A DNA stretch of 64,000 bases, taken from assembly GCA_016840085.1 (NCBI GenBank), contig JAEOTA010000012.1, forward strand, positions 32,001 to 96,000, written 5' to 3'. The DNA is from Promethearchaeota archaeon. GTDB lineage: Archaea; Asgardarchaeota; Lokiarchaeia; Sigyniarchaeales; SOKP01. Within the stretch, counting starts at the first letter, position 1; every line of letters begins with the position of its first letter. Positions 63,178 to 64,000 of this stretch are shown here, piece by piece. The notes beneath the pieces were generated by a model that was not told the DNA's origin, did not search any database, and worked only from the letters and a program-made list of their open reading frames with translations. The position numbers and the translations under genes were made by a program.

Positions 63178-63682
63178 AAAGAATATAATTTTTATTCATG
63201 GATTAGAGAGTTCAGGTAAAGGATTCAAAGCTCAGTTATTAAAGAAAGTTTTCCCTCAATGCTTAACTCCTGATTTTGAAGCATATTCTCCTCACATATC
63301 AATCAACTTATTATTAGAGAAAAGAATGAATCAGTTATCTACGATTTTGGATGAAAAAAATTCATGGATAATTATTGGTTCAAGCTTTGGAGGTCTAATG
63401 GGAGCGCTATATACGTGCTTACATCCTCAAAAAGTCATAAAATTAATCTTATTAGCACCATATTTATCAAGTCCTCTATTAAATCCGAAAGATTTTTCTC
63501 CTTTAGACATCCCTGTTATTATTTATCATGGAAGTCATGATACTATTGTCTCAATGAAAAACTCCCGCATATATGGACAAAAACTCTTTACTAATCTTAC
63601 TTATAATATTGTTGATGATGATCATAAGCTTCAAAAAACCACAAAAAATATTGATTGGAAAAAATTAATTCTAAATTCATAA
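63167..63682 (+). CDS. YqiA/YcfP-like alpha/beta hydrolase
   Basis: IHGLESS, GSSFGG, HGSHD, DDDH; likely ATG at 63167 (track start 63143). Confidence 0.85.
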   Translation: MVDKKNIIFIHGLESSGKGFKAQLLKKVFPQCLTPDFEAYSPHISINLLLEKRMNQLSTILDEKNSWIIIGSSFGGLMGALYTCLHPQKVIKLILLAPYLSSPLLNPKDFSPLDIPVIIYHGSHDTIVSMKNSRIYGQKLFTNLTYNIVDDDHKLQKTTKNIDWKKLILNS

Positions 63683-63814
63683 AATTGCAGTAAAAAACTG
63701 CTTTATTCTGTTTTCATATAGTTAATGTTATAAAAATTGGACTCCAATTTTTTTATTATTGATTATAAACATCCATAAATTAGTATTAAAAAAAGAAAAA
63801 GGTTTGATATAAAA

Positions 63815-64000
63815 ATGGATTGGAGCAATATTTTTGAAAATATGTATTTATGGTATAATGAATTTGCTGAGTGGTATTTGATTCAACCAGTTTATGTTCA
63901 AATACTCTCAATCATTGGAATAATCACGCTTCTAAGTTTAACAATCATTTTAGTCTATTATTTAATAAAAGGCATTGCGTATTTGATATATTACATACTT
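63815..64000 (+). CDS. Membrane protein, 3'-partial
   Basis: MDWSNIFENMYLWYNEFAEWYLIQPVYVQILSIIGIITLLSLTIILVYYLIKGIAYLIYYIL runs off the window end. Confidence 0.65.
   Translation, partial: MDWSNIFENMYLWYNEFAEWYLIQPVYVQILSIIGIITLLSLTIILVYYLIKGIAYLIYYIL

Overview
AT-rich archaeal chromosomal window, most likely from an Asgard archaeon of the Lokiarchaeia type. It combines archaeal information-processing genes (S6e, L24e, L7Ae, S28e, S24e, S27ae, Rpo7/E', Spt4, Kae1, Bud32, TFB) with eukaryotic-signature proteins (two gelsolin-domain proteins, two roadblock/LC7 proteins, Rab-like and Arf-like GTPases, LRR, HEAT and alpha-solenoid proteins). Metabolic genes include leuA/C/D, fae-hps, acs, a 2-oxoacid dehydrogenase E1 alpha/beta pair, GH1 and a sulfatase. 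I saw no rRNA, tRNA, CRISPR array or transposase. The main finding is absent from the ORF track: an RNA polymerase subunit Rpo10 (rpoN) gene on the minus strand (20736-20967). It is interrupted by a 31-nt, stop-containing, hairpin-forming insert with bulge-helix-bulge-like geometry whose removal restores the conserved protein exactly, making it a candidate tRNA-endonuclease-type mRNA intron. A synonymously recoded second copy of the same 3' end lies about 120 nt downstream, and a similar recoded 3'-end duplicate occurs for a roadblock gene. Other points are apparent ATA/ATT/ATC start codons, a membrane-tethered HTH regulator paired with an HFS-motif surface protein, a HEPN three-gene cassette and a decayed virus-like patch. 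All annotations come from motif recognition by eye; no searches were run.
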